This document shows positions 11,734-20,886 of a DNA stretch of 64,000 nt, in pieces. Within the stretch, counting starts at the first letter, position 1. Each line of letters begins with the position of its first letter. Under the pieces are notes generated by a model. It was not told the origin of the DNA and made no database searches. It saw nothing but the letters and a program-made list of their open reading frames with translations. The position numbers and the translations under genes were made by a program. Location: contig CAVSFZ010000012.1 of the NCBI GenBank assembly GCA_963727235.1, forward strand, positions 19,408 through 83,407, read 5' to 3'. The stretch comes from an uncultured Actinomycetes bacterium. Its GTDB lineage: Bacteria; Actinomycetota; Thermoleophilia; Gaiellales; JAICJC01.

Positions 11734-11764
11734 GTGAATAACGGTGCCTGGCACCGTTATTCAC
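11734..11764. repeat. 31-bp perfect palindrome, C/G subtype
   Basis: Sequence gtgaataacggtgcc-t-ggcaccgttattcac. It contains the etfA stop (TGA, 11761-11763). Confidence 0.9.
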
Positions 11765-12717
11765 GACCTGGCGTTGAGGGCTTCGGTGAGCTTCGGGATG
11801 ATTGTGAGGGCGTCGCCGATCACGCTCACGTCGGCGAACTCGTGGATCGGGGCGTTGGCGTCCTTGTTGATCGCAACGATCGTGCCGGCGTTCGACATGC
11901 CGACCTTGTGCTGGATCGCCCCTGAGACACCGCAGGCGATGTAGAGCTTGGGCGAGACCGTCTTGCCGGTCTGCCCCACCTGCATCGAGTACGGCACCCA
12001 ACCGGCGTCGACCACCGCCCGGGTGGCCGCCACCTCGCCGCCGATCGCCTTCGCCAGCGCCTCCACCAGTGGGACGTTCTCGGGTCCGCCCATGCCGCGT
12101 CCGACCGCCACCAGCGTCTCGGCCTCGGTGATGTCGACTCCGCCCGTCTCGGCCTGTTCACGGCCGACGATGCGAGCCTTCTGCGACCAGTCGGCGACCG
12201 TAACGGCAACCCGCTCGACCGACGCCGAGGCGCCACTCGAATCGGCCGGAGCGAAGGCGTTTGCCCGTGCCAGCACCACGCCCGGCCCGCCGGTGAACCC
12301 AGACTCGACCATGACCGTGTCGCCCAGGGCCGGCCGCGTGGCGACCAGGCTGTCGCCGTCGACGGCGACGTCGGTCGTCTCACATGCGATGCCCGTGCCC
12401 AGACGTGCCGCCAGGCCGGCGGCGACGTCGGCCGACACCACCCCGGCACCGAACAGCACACCGTCGGCTTCCCGCGCCGACGGCTCCAAGGCGTCCACGA
12501 GCGGCTGTGAAAGCCCTCCCGCCAGCGCCGCGTCGTCGGCCACCAGCACCCGCTGAGCACCGTGGCCGCCCAGCCCCGCCGCCCAGCCGTCGTCGATCCC
12601 GGAACCTGCGACGAATGCGGTGACGTCGGCTCCCAGTGTGGCGGCCCTGGCCAGCACGCCGAGGCTCTGATCGGAGAACTCGCCGTCGTCGTGATGAATG
12701 TGAACGAGCAGCTTCAC
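11761..12717 (-). CDS. etfA: electron transfer flavoprotein subunit alpha
   Basis: 318 aa with a C-terminal FAD-binding region (PKLYIACGVSGAIQHKVGM). Confidence 0.9.
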   Translation of the reverse strand: MKLLVHIHHDDGEFSDQSLGVLARAATLGADVTAFVAGSGIDDGWAAGLGGHGAQRVLVADDAALAGGLSQPLVDALEPSAREADGVLFGAGVVSADVAAGLAARLGTGIACETTDVAVDGDSLVATRPALGDTVMVESGFTGGPGVVLARANAFAPADSSGASASVERVAVTVADWSQKARIVGREQAETGGVDITEAETLVAVGRGMGGPENVPLVEALAKAIGGEVAATRAVVDAGWVPYSMQVGQTGKTVSPKLYIACGVSGAIQHKVGMSNAGTIVAINKDANAPIHEFADVSVIGDALTIIPKLTEALNARS

Positions 12718-13499
12718 AGGAGCCCCCTCTCGGCCAGGATGGCCACCACTTTGTCTGCAGAGTCGCCACCCGAATCCTCGATCTTGACGCCCTCGGCCTT
12801 GGACACCGGGGGAGCGACCGACCGAACCACGTTGCGAGATCCCTCGTCTCCCACGCGCGCCGCGTCCAGTCCGGCGTCGGCGAGGCCGAGCTTGTCCAGC
12901 GGCTTCTTCTTGGCTCCCATGATCGCCTTGATCGAAGGCAGCCGGGGGGTGTTGATGGCATCGGAGACCGACACCACGGCAGGCAGCGGAGCCTCGGCCA
13001 GGTCGTACCCGTGCTCGGTCTGGCGCTTGGCCTTGATGCCCGCGTCGCCGACCTCGAGATGCGCCACCTGGGTCACCAGCGGCCGCTGCAGATGGTCAGC
13101 AACTGCCGCCGCCATCACGTAGCAGTCGGCGTCGGCCGCCTGCTGGCCCAACAGCACCAGGTCGGCGTCCTGGGCGGCGATCACGGCCGCCAGGGCGTAC
13201 GCGGTACCCGAGATGTCCGAGCCCGCCAGGCCTGGATCCGACAGCAGCACGGCCCGATCAGCGCCCAGTGCCAATGCTTTTGAGAGTGCGCGGGAGGCGC
13301 TCTCCGGCCCCATGCAGACGGCGACGATCTCGGTCACGTCAACCCCCGACTCGCGAATCCGCACGGCCTCCTCGAGCGCGTGCACGTCGAACGGATTCAG
13401 CTCCGAGTCGCCCGAACGGTCGAGCCGGTTGGTGGCTGGATCGAGCCGGCGCGACGCCGTCGCGCTCGGAACCTCTTTGACACAGACTGCGATCTTCAC
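12714..13499 (-). CDS. etfB: electron transfer flavoprotein subunit beta
   Basis: 261 aa (MKIAVCVKEVP...). It has a 4-nt overlap with etfA. Confidence 0.9.
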   Translation of the reverse strand: MKIAVCVKEVPSATASRRLDPATNRLDRSGDSELNPFDVHALEEAVRIRESGVDVTEIVAVCMGPESASRALSKALALGADRAVLLSDPGLAGSDISGTAYALAAVIAAQDADLVLLGQQAADADCYVMAAAVADHLQRPLVTQVAHLEVGDAGIKAKRQTEHGYDLAEAPLPAVVSVSDAINTPRLPSIKAIMGAKKKPLDKLGLADAGLDAARVGDEGSRNVVRSVAPPVSKAEGVKIEDSGGDSADKVVAILAERGLL

Positions 13500-13516
13500 A
13501 GGCGGTTCGTTCCCTT

Positions 13517-14299
13517 CTATTTTCCGATGAACGTGGGATTGCGCTTCTCCACGAAGGCGTTCAGCCCCTCGCGCGCATCCTCAGTCGAAAACATCAGCGA
13601 GTACAGGTCGGCCTCGTGCACAAGGTTGCCACCGATGTCGCCGTGAAGACTCCGGTTGGTCGCCTCCTTGGCGTAGTAGAGCGCTATCGGGCTCTTGGCG
13701 GCCATCGCCGTGGCCAGCTCGACCGCCTTGGGCATCAGCTCGGCCGCGGGGTACACGTGTTGCACCAGCCCGCGCTCGAGCGCCTCCTGGGCATCGATCA
13801 TCCGCCCGGTCAGGATCAGCTCCTTGGCGTAGCCGATGTTGGTGGCCCGGGCCAGCCGCTGGGTGGCGCCCCACCCCGGCATGATCCCGAGATTGATCTC
13901 GGGTTGGCCGAAGAATGCGTTGTCGGAGGCAAGGCGCACGTCGCAGGCAAGCGCGATCTCACAGCCGCCGCCGAGCGCGTAGCCGTTGACCGCGGCGATC
14001 GTCGGCTTTCGCATCGTCTCCAGCTTGTGCGCGATCTCCTGGCCGAGCTCTGAGTAGGCACGCGCCTCCAGCGGGGTCTTGCCGGCCATCTCCTTGATGT
14101 CGGCGCCGGCGATGAACGACTTCTCGCCCGTGCCGGTGAGCACCAGCACCCCCACCCCGGCGTCCGATCCCAGGTCGGTGAGCGTGTGCATCAGCTCCTC
14201 CATCAGCGCGGTGTTGAGCGCGTTCAGCACCTTGGCCCGATCGATGGTGACGATCGCGACCCGTCCTTCCAGCGAGATCCGAAGGCCTGTGCGCGGCAT
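13517..14299 (-). CDS. enoyl-CoA hydratase (crotonase family)
   Basis: 260 aa with FIAGADIKEM, VNGYALGGGCEIALACD and a GQPEINLG motif. Confidence 0.85.
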   Translation of the reverse strand: MPRTGLRISLEGRVAIVTIDRAKVLNALNTALMEELMHTLTDLGSDAGVGVLVLTGTGEKSFIAGADIKEMAGKTPLEARAYSELGQEIAHKLETMRKPTIAAVNGYALGGGCEIALACDVRLASDNAFFGQPEINLGIMPGWGATQRLARATNIGYAKELILTGRMIDAQEALERGLVQHVYPAAELMPKAVELATAMAAKSPIALYYAKEATNRSLHGDIGGNLVHEADLYSLMFSTEDAREGLNAFVEKRNPTFIGK

Positions 14300-14697
14300 C
14301 AGGCCGCTCCCAGCCGGCTCTGCAGGAACTCGACGATGGCGGCCGTGGGCGCACCCGGGGTGAACACCTCTGCCACCCCCAGACGCTTGAGCTCGGCGAC
14401 ATCGTCAGTCGGGATCGTTCCGCCCACCACCACCAGCAGATCGTCGGCATCCGCGTCGGCCAGCAACTCGAGGATGCGCGGCACGAGCGTCATGTGAGCT
14501 CCCGACAGAATCGACAGCCCGACAGCGTCGGCGTCCTCCTGAAGCACCGTCGCAACGATCTGCTCGGGAGTCTGGTGAAGCCCCGTGTAGATCACCTCCA
14601 TGCCCGCGTCACGCAGCGTGCGAGCAATGATCTTTGCTCCACGATCGTGGCCGTCGAGGCCTGGTTTCGCCACCACAACTCGGATCCGGCCGCTCAT
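14299..14697 (-). CDS. stand-alone cobalamin-binding domain protein (acyl-CoA mutase small subunit type)
   Basis: 132 aa. [20 protein letters not shown] contains the DxHxxG B12 motif, and the rest resembles the C-terminal domain of methylmalonyl-CoA mutase. Confidence 0.85.
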   Translation of the reverse strand: MSGRIRVVVAKPGLDGHDRGAKIIARTLRDAGMEVIYTGLHQTPEQIVATVLQEDADAVGLSILSGAHMTLVPRILELLADADADDLLVVVGGTIPTDDVAELKRLGVAEVFTPGAPTAAIVEFLQSRLGAA

Positions 14698-14746
14698 CTA
14701 AGGCATGACTCTAGATGATCCATTCCGAACGGGCGGGAGGTGTCCT

Positions 14747-15079
14747 CTACCCCGAGTGCGCTGGGGCGAACACCACAAGCAGCGTCAGATCCTCGGTGAT
14801 CGAGTGAAACCGGTGGTCGACTCCGGCCGCGATGAACACCGTGTCGCCGGGGCCCACCGGATGGTCGGCGCCGTCCATCTCGATCCTGCCACGACCGCCC
14901 AGCACGTGGTAGATCTCGTCCTCAAGGTGGGGAGTCTGCAGGTCGGCTTCGCCGGCCGCCAGCGCATAGGTGCCGGCGCTGAGCGCAGGCACTGTCAGGA
15001 ATTGCTGGTAGCTCTCCCCCGACTGCACACGCGCCGCGTCGATCTCGCTGCGTGACCACACGGCGGCTCGCACCGTCAC
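14747..15079 (-). CDS. cupin-domain protein
   Basis: Taken from ORF 14747..15139. The cupin motifs are HLEDEIYHVLGGRG...GDTVFIAAGVDHRF. The GTG start at 15079 gives a GTGA overlap with the kinase stop. Confidence 0.6.
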   Translation of the reverse strand: MTVRAAVWSRSEIDAARVQSGESYQQFLTVPALSAGTYALAAGEADLQTPHLEDEIYHVLGGRGRIEMDGADHPVGPGDTVFIAAGVDHRFHSITEDLTLLVVFAPAHSG

Positions 15080-17211
15080 CCCACACCGTCCCAAACGCCC
15101 GCCTCCGACCTGATCGGGATCGTGAACGACACCGTGCACCCCTGTCCCGGGGCGCTCACGACGTCGGATCTGCCGCCGGCCAGGCGAATTCGCTCAGCCA
15201 TCGCTTCCAAGCCCATGTGCAGGCGAAACTGGGAACTCCCCAGCGTGCCCGGATCAAATCCCCGCCCATTGTCGCCGACCGAGCCCACGATCGATCCGTC
15301 CTTCGGCTCGAGGCGAACCCACACATGGGACGCCCCGGAATGCTTGCGGGCGTTCACCATCGCCTCCCGCACCGTGCGGTAACACAACTCCTCGATCACC
15401 CCGCCGAAGCGCTTGTCGGGGATCTCGAGCGAGGTCGTGAACCCCGCCTCCAGGTCGACCTGCTCGCACAACGCGGCGATCGCGGTGCGCAGGCCGTGGC
15501 GGTCGAACTGCTGGGGCCGCAGCTCGAACATCAGGTGACGGGTGCGCTCGAGTGCATCCGAGAGCGCCGCGCGGGTCTCCGAGACGAGCGTGGTGGCCGC
15601 CTTCGGCGTACCCCCGAGCACGCTCTGAATGCGGTCCAAGTTGAGCTGGAGCGCCGCCATCAGCTGCACCGTATCGTCATGCAGTGCCCGAGCGATACGA
15701 CCCCGCTCCTCCTCCTCGGACAGCAGCATTCGCTCCAGCAGCTCACCACGCTGGACATCGAGTTCGCGCAGCCGGTCGACGGCGCGGCGCTGAATGGTCA
15801 CATCACGGGCGGTGCCGATCAGGCGGCTGTCGTTCTCGCTGCGGCGGCCCTCCACTTCCAGAAACCGCGTGATCCCGTCGCCGGGCCTCACGATCCTGAA
15901 GCTGAATCTGAACTGCGGGCTCGACATCATTCGCCGGCGCAGCCGCCTGGCCCGCGCCCGCTCACCCCGCTCGAGCAGCCCCCAGCACGACCGCAGGGTG
16001 GGAATGAACGTCTGCCGGTCGACCCCAACCAGACCGTACAACTCATCCGACCACTGCATGTCGCCACCATCACGGTCGGTGCTCCACGTGGCCATCGCTG
16101 CAGCCCGAAGGGCCTCCCCGCGCTCCTGCTCGGCACGGAGCTGCTCGGTCATATCCCGGCCGATCAGCATGATGTCTCCGGCTTCCTCTGCGACCTCGTC
16201 GAGGATCACCGCCGACCACTCCACGGTGATCTCTTGGCCGGAGGGGGTCGTAACGGTCACCACCTCCTCCGAGCCGGCTCCGACCGCGACGATCTCGCCC
16301 AACCGCGGGGCATTCAGCAGCTCGTGCACCACTCCTCCGAGAGCCGCGGCGCCAGGCACCCCAAACAGACGCTCGGCCGCCGGATTCCAGCCTTTGACCT
16401 GCCCGGACGGGCCCACGGTGATCAATGCCACCGGCATCCGCTCCACGTGGAGCTCCAGCCGCCGCAGCAGCCGATCGTACTCGCGGGTGTCGCGCATGAC
16501 CGAGGCCTGGAACAGGGGTGTGCTGGTCTTGTCGTCGCGAACGGTGAACATCATCGCGTCCACAGGGATCGACTCGCCGGTGACCACGTGCTCGAGCTGC
16601 AGCGAGCCCCTCCACGGCGCCGTTGACGACGATTCGGTGACCTTCAGGAACTGCTCGCTCGAGCCCTCCGCCACGTAGTCCGAACTGCGCTCGAGCAGCG
16701 GGTCGTCAAGGCCGTGCCCGACCAGCGCCCGGCCTGCCGGATTGAGGTACAGCGTGCGTCGGTCGAGAGCGGCCACCGCCACGAAATCGGTGGCCTGATC
16801 GATCACCGACTCGAACAGTCGCATGCGGCTGCGCACCTTCTCGCGCTCGCCCACCTCTTCCACCGCCAGGCCGACCGAGGTGATGGTGTCGTCGGCGCCG
16901 ACGATCGGAAAGTACGTATGCCGGTACAGCTCGGTGACCCCGTCCCCGGAGATCCAGGGGACGTGCACATCGTCGATGTTCTTGCCGGTGGCCACGATCC
17001 CCGCCACGTTCTCGAGGATCGCCGCCCCGTTTCCCGGCGCGATCTCGAGGATGGAGTGCCCCTCGAACAGCGTCTCGATCGGCACCCCCGCAGCCTCGGC
17101 GGCACCGGTCGATCCGCCCAGCACGGTGCCGTCGGGTGCGATGATCACCAATATCGCCGGGATCTGGGGGAGCAGCCCTTCCAGAGCCTCGGGATCCAAC
17201 TTCCCAGCCAC
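15076..17211 (-). CDS. cytoplasmic multi-PAS sensor histidine kinase (HisKA_3 / NarL-partner type)
   Basis: 711 aa with no TM segment and repeated PAS-like blocks. The H-box is ALHDDTVQLMAALQL. The ATPase region reads NARKHSGASHVWV...DNGRGF...GLEAMAERI. No response regulator lies adjacent. Confidence 0.8.
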   Translation of the reverse strand: MAGKLDPEALEGLLPQIPAILVIIAPDGTVLGGSTGAAEAAGVPIETLFEGHSILEIAPGNGAAILENVAGIVATGKNIDDVHVPWISGDGVTELYRHTYFPIVGADDTITSVGLAVEEVGEREKVRSRMRLFESVIDQATDFVAVAALDRRTLYLNPAGRALVGHGLDDPLLERSSDYVAEGSSEQFLKVTESSSTAPWRGSLQLEHVVTGESIPVDAMMFTVRDDKTSTPLFQASVMRDTREYDRLLRRLELHVERMPVALITVGPSGQVKGWNPAAERLFGVPGAAALGGVVHELLNAPRLGEIVAVGAGSEEVVTVTTPSGQEITVEWSAVILDEVAEEAGDIMLIGRDMTEQLRAEQERGEALRAAAMATWSTDRDGGDMQWSDELYGLVGVDRQTFIPTLRSCWGLLERGERARARRLRRRMMSSPQFRFSFRIVRPGDGITRFLEVEGRRSENDSRLIGTARDVTIQRRAVDRLRELDVQRGELLERMLLSEEEERGRIARALHDDTVQLMAALQLNLDRIQSVLGGTPKAATTLVSETRAALSDALERTRHLMFELRPQQFDRHGLRTAIAALCEQVDLEAGFTTSLEIPDKRFGGVIEELCYRTVREAMVNARKHSGASHVWVRLEPKDGSIVGSVGDNGRGFDPGTLGSSQFRLHMGLEAMAERIRLAGGRSDVVSAPGQGCTVSFTIPIRSEAGVWDGVG

Positions 17212-17258
17212 GCTGCAACCCTACACCGCTGCGCCCCGACCGGAACGGAGGCGTGACC

Positions 17259-17834
17259 TCAGGCCACTGACGAGCCGGGCTTCCACAGCACGTCGTCGCG
17301 GCCGCCGTGGTTGGCGGACCGTGCAAGGATGAAGAGCAGATCGCTGAGCCGATTGAGATAGCCCAGCGCGCATGGATTGATCGACTCGCGCTGGGACAAT
17401 CCCACAGCGTGCCGCTCGGCCCGGCGGCAGACGGTGCGGGCCACGTGCAAGGCCGCCGCCGCCGGCGTGCCACCCGACAGCACGAAGCTTTGCAGCGGCT
17501 CGAGTCCCTCACCGTGGCGATCACACGCCGACTCCAGCGCGGTCACGTGGTCGGCGGTGATACGCAGGCGGCTCTTGCCGTGCCCGCGCTCGGTGTCGAG
17601 CGGCACCGCCAGATCGGCTCCGAGGTCGAACAGGTCGTTCTGCACCCGGCGCAGCACGTCGGCGACCTCGGCGTCCAGCCCCACCGCGACGGCGGCGCCG
17701 ATGGCCGCGCCTGTCTCGTCCACCGAGCCGTACGCCCATACCCGTAGGTCGGCTTTGGACACACGCTCGCCGTCCCCCAGTGATGTCTGGCCGCCGTCGC
17801 CTGCCCGTGTGTAGATCTTGTCGAGTCGAACCAC
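17259..17834 (-). CDS. PduO-type ATP:cob(I)alamin adenosyltransferase
   Basis: 191 aa. The sequence MVRLDKIYTRAGDGGQTSL...VCRRAER is typical of the PduO-type family. Confidence 0.85.
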   Translation of the reverse strand: MVRLDKIYTRAGDGGQTSLGDGERVSKADLRVWAYGSVDETGAAIGAAVAVGLDAEVADVLRRVQNDLFDLGADLAVPLDTERGHGKSRLRITADHVTALESACDRHGEGLEPLQSFVLSGGTPAAAALHVARTVCRRAERHAVGLSQRESINPCALGYLNRLSDLLFILARSANHGGRDDVLWKPGSSVA

Positions 17835-17905
17835 GTCGATCAGCCTACCAATTCACCCAATCGGGTTTTCAGTTCGCTTCGGCCGCGACGACTACAGGAG
17901 CGCGC

Positions 17906-18829
17906 TTACCGGCGCCCGGCAGCGGGGACACCCGTGCCGGGCGCCTGATGGGCGCGCCGCAGCTCGGCCAGCAGCGCCTCCACCGCCGGACCGGGCTGCT
18001 CCCCCCGTCTCCAGCCCAGCACAAATCCCCACTCGAGCAACGGCCCGCTCAGCGGGATCTCCCGCAACCGCCCGTCCGCCAACTCGGTGCGAACCGAGAT
18101 CTCCGGCACAATGGCGAGCCCGAGGCCCGCCGCCACGCAGCTCTTCACCGCCTCCAGGCTGAAGGCCTCGAGCCGGCCGGCCGGCTCGACCGATGCGGCG
18201 CTCAGCAGCTGGTCGAGCTCACGCCGGTTGATCGTCCCCTGGTCACGCATCACCAGCACGTGATCGCGCAGGTCAGACAGCTGCTCTGGGTCGGAATCGG
18301 AGCCTCCCGGAGGGCCGATCAAGAGCGTGCGGCCGTGCCCGAATCGAGCCACCTCCAGATCCCCGGGGTCGGTGTGCTCGGTCAGCAGGGCGGCATCCAC
18401 CTCGCCGACTCGCAGGGCCGACAGCACCCGCGCCTCGTCCCCGACCACGAATCCGACGTCCAGGCTGGGCAAGCGTTCGCGGAGGTTTGCGATCGCCGGC
18501 GGCAGCACGTACGTGGCCAGCGCCTCCCCACCCGATACCCACAGCCGCAGCCGGTCGGAGGCAACCGCCCGGTCGAGCGCGGCCTCGGCCTCGGCGGCAA
18601 GCACCAGCGCCCGCTCGGCATACGGCAGCAGCGCCGTCCCGGCGGGGGTCAGGTGCACCGATCGCGGCGCTCGCACGAGCAGCGGGGCTCCGACGCGCTG
18701 CTCGAGGGCCCTCACCGCGCCCGAGACGGTGGGTTGGGACACCCCCAGGCGCTCGGCCGCCCGCGTGAAGCTTCCCGCAGCAGCGACCTCGACCAAGGCC
18801 GCCAGCTGAGCCGTGGGATAAATAGGCAT
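17906..18829 (-). CDS. LysR-family transcriptional regulator
   Basis: The HTH region is FTRAAERLGVSQPTVSGAVRALE, followed by a LysR substrate-binding domain. I prefer ATG 18829 over the track's TTG 18847. It is divergent from an MFS transporter gene. Confidence 0.85.
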   Translation of the reverse strand: MPIYPTAQLAALVEVAAAGSFTRAAERLGVSQPTVSGAVRALEQRVGAPLLVRAPRSVHLTPAGTALLPYAERALVLAAEAEAALDRAVASDRLRLWVSGGEALATYVLPPAIANLRERLPSLDVGFVVGDEARVLSALRVGEVDAALLTEHTDPGDLEVARFGHGRTLLIGPPGGSDSDPEQLSDLRDHVLVMRDQGTINRRELDQLLSAASVEPAGRLEAFSLEAVKSCVAAGLGLAIVPEISVRTELADGRLREIPLSGPLLEWGFVLGWRRGEQPGPAVEALLAELRRAHQAPGTGVPAAGRR

Positions 18830-18894
18830 AGACCTATTATAGACCAATGTGAACGCTGTTTAACTATTGAGCGCCCGCAGTTTAGGCTTCGACC

Positions 18895-20112
18895 GTGATG
18901 TCTCGGCAACGCGCAATCCTCCTGCTTGCGATCGGATCCCAGGCTGCTCTCTCGATGATCACCTTCGGGCTGCCTGCGATCGGAAGCGACATCGAGTCGC
19001 AGTACGGTGTTGGCACGGTCGGTTTTGGCGCGGTGTTCGCAGCCGTCGGAATTGGGTCTGGGCTGGCGCTGGTGCCGGCGGGGATGCTGGTCGACCGGTA
19101 CGGCGCCCGCCGGATCCTGCTCGCCGGCGGCACCATCACAGCCGCCGGCCTGATCGGAGCGGCGTTTGCCCCCAACGTGTACTGGTACGGCGCCATGCTG
19201 TTCGTGGCCGGAGTTGGCGGCGCCGGAGTGCCGGTGGCGGGGATGACATCGCTGCTGCGTGAGTTCGCGCCCGAGCAGCGAGGTATGGCACTCGGCTGGC
19301 GCCAGCTTGCAGTGCCGCTGGGCGGTGCGGTCGGATCGGTTGCTTTGCCCGCCCTGGTCACACTCGGCGGGCTTCGACTGGCGATGCTGGTGGCGGCCGC
19401 CACCGCCGGCGGGCTTGCATTCGCGTTCTCCGGGGTGGCCGGCGACGATCGCAGCGAGGTGCGCTCGCGCGGGCTGGGCGGGGTGCTCTCGATCCCGCAG
19501 ATGCGACAGCTTCTGACGGTCGGCTTCCTGTATGTGTGGGCGCTCGGCGGCGTGCTGGCGTACTACATCCCTGCCGCCGAGTCGGGCGGACTGTCGGCAA
19601 CCCAGGCGGCCATCGGGTTTACGGTGGTGAATATCACCGCGGCGCTGTCGCGGATCGTGTGGGGTCGGCTGGCCGACAAGAGCTCGGGCACCCGCCGTGT
19701 GCACGTGCTGCGGGCCACCGGGCTCGTGGCCGCGGCGGGAGCGGTGGTGATGCCGATCGCCCTGGCGACGGGCACGGTGGCGTCGCTGGCGGCCACGGTG
19801 GCGCTGGCATTCGGAGTGTTCGGATTCAACGGGGTGCTGTACCTCACGGCCGGCGAGATCGCCGGAGCTGACCGCGCCGGGCGGGCAGTTGGCCTGGCCT
19901 CGATGGTGGTGTTTGGATGGGGCTCGCTGTCGGCGCCCATCGCAGGCCTTGCGATCGAAGCGACCGGCTACGACGCCGTGTGGGTGATCGCAGCGGTGAC
20001 CGGACTCGCGGGCGCGCTGGTGGCCGGCTCGATGCTGCGCTCGACACAGCGGCCGGGGGGCCGCATACTCGGTGGATGGGACGGAGCGCCAACCACACCG
20101 CGCGAGCCTTGA
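18895..20112 (+). CDS. MFS transporter
   Basis: 405 aa with about 12 hydrophobic segments and an MFS loop motif (VDRYGARRILL). Confidence 0.8.
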   Translation: MMSRQRAILLLAIGSQAALSMITFGLPAIGSDIESQYGVGTVGFGAVFAAVGIGSGLALVPAGMLVDRYGARRILLAGGTITAAGLIGAAFAPNVYWYGAMLFVAGVGGAGVPVAGMTSLLREFAPEQRGMALGWRQLAVPLGGAVGSVALPALVTLGGLRLAMLVAAATAGGLAFAFSGVAGDDRSEVRSRGLGGVLSIPQMRQLLTVGFLYVWALGGVLAYYIPAAESGGLSATQAAIGFTVVNITAALSRIVWGRLADKSSGTRRVHVLRATGLVAAAGAVVMPIALATGTVASLAATVALAFGVFGFNGVLYLTAGEIAGADRAGRAVGLASMVVFGWGSLSAPIAGLAIEATGYDAVWVIAAVTGLAGALVAGSMLRSTQRPGGRILGGWDGAPTTPREP

Positions 20113-20114
20113 TC

Positions 20115-20441
20115 ATGGCCGGCGGCATGCTGGCGCTGGCGGTGGCGATCGCGATCGGAGTCGATGACACGGCGGTGCTTACCGTCGCGCTGTCGGGCGC
20201 GACCAGCGCTGCGCTGGGGTGGCGCATGAGCAGGCTGCGCCCGGGCGCTCTCCAGAATCTGTACGGGTGGGCGTGTTGCATCTTCGGCGCAACCACCGCA
20301 GGCCAGGGCTACCTCACGCTCGATCTGGGCGCCACCGGAGCGCCCAGGGTGGAAGCGATGCTGTGGATCGTCGCGGGGCTGATGGTGATCGGCGGAGCCA
20401 CCGCCACGATGCTGCTCAAGCCCGTCGCAGCTCGTGAATAA
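20115..20441 (+). CDS. small hypothetical membrane protein
   Basis: ATG 20115 lies 2 nt after the MFS stop (MAGGMLALAVAIAIGV...). There are about three hydrophobic segments. The stop TAA (20439-20441) lies inside the palindrome. Confidence 0.45.
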   Translation: MAGGMLALAVAIAIGVDDTAVLTVALSGATSAALGWRMSRLRPGALQNLYGWACCIFGATTAGQGYLTLDLGATGAPRVEAMLWIVAGLMVIGGATATMLLKPVAARE

Positions 20442-20466
20442 AAGGTGCCTGGCACCTTTTATTCAC
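20434..20466. repeat. 33-bp perfect palindrome, AA/TT subtype
   Basis: Sequence gtgaataaaaggtgcc-t-ggcaccttttattcac. It contains the stop codons of both convergent flanking CDSs. Confidence 0.9.
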
Positions 20467-20855
20467 AGTGGGCGGACGCAGTTGGTGCAGCCGTTGAGGG
20501 TCACCGGGGCGCCGCCCACCTGTGCCCACTTGCCGGAGGTGAGCGGCTGAGCGCCGATCGGCGCCAGGAACACCCGCTGGCGTCCTTGCACGTGGACGGT
20601 GAAGGTTCCGTCCGCGCCGGTCGTCACCTGTGCGATCGGTGACGGCGGATCGGCCATCACCGGTCCCGAAGTCGAAATCGCCCGGGTGTACACGCCGATG
20701 GTCGCACCGGCCACGGGGGTGTCCTTGGCGGGACTGCCCGAGGCGTGCTCGAGATAGACGCCGGTGACGGCATCGCCCTGGGCCGTGGTCGAGCTGTTCT
20801 GGCCACAACCGGCGGCCGCCAACACCACCGCGAGCACGAGCAGGATCAGCTTCAT
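20463..20855 (-). CDS. hypothetical lipoprotein
   Basis: Internal ATG 20855 gives MKLILLVLAVVLAAAGCGQNSS, a signal peptide plus lipobox Cys. The remainder looks beta-rich (GADGTFTVHV). The stop TGA (20463-20465) lies inside the palindrome. Confidence 0.55.
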   Translation of the reverse strand: MKLILLVLAVVLAAAGCGQNSSTTAQGDAVTGVYLEHASGSPAKDTPVAGATIGVYTRAISTSGPVMADPPSPIAQVTTGADGTFTVHVQGRQRVFLAPIGAQPLTSGKWAQVGGAPVTLNGCTNCVRPL

Positions 20856-20886
20856 ATCTCTAGGACGCGCGCCGAACCCCGTCGGT

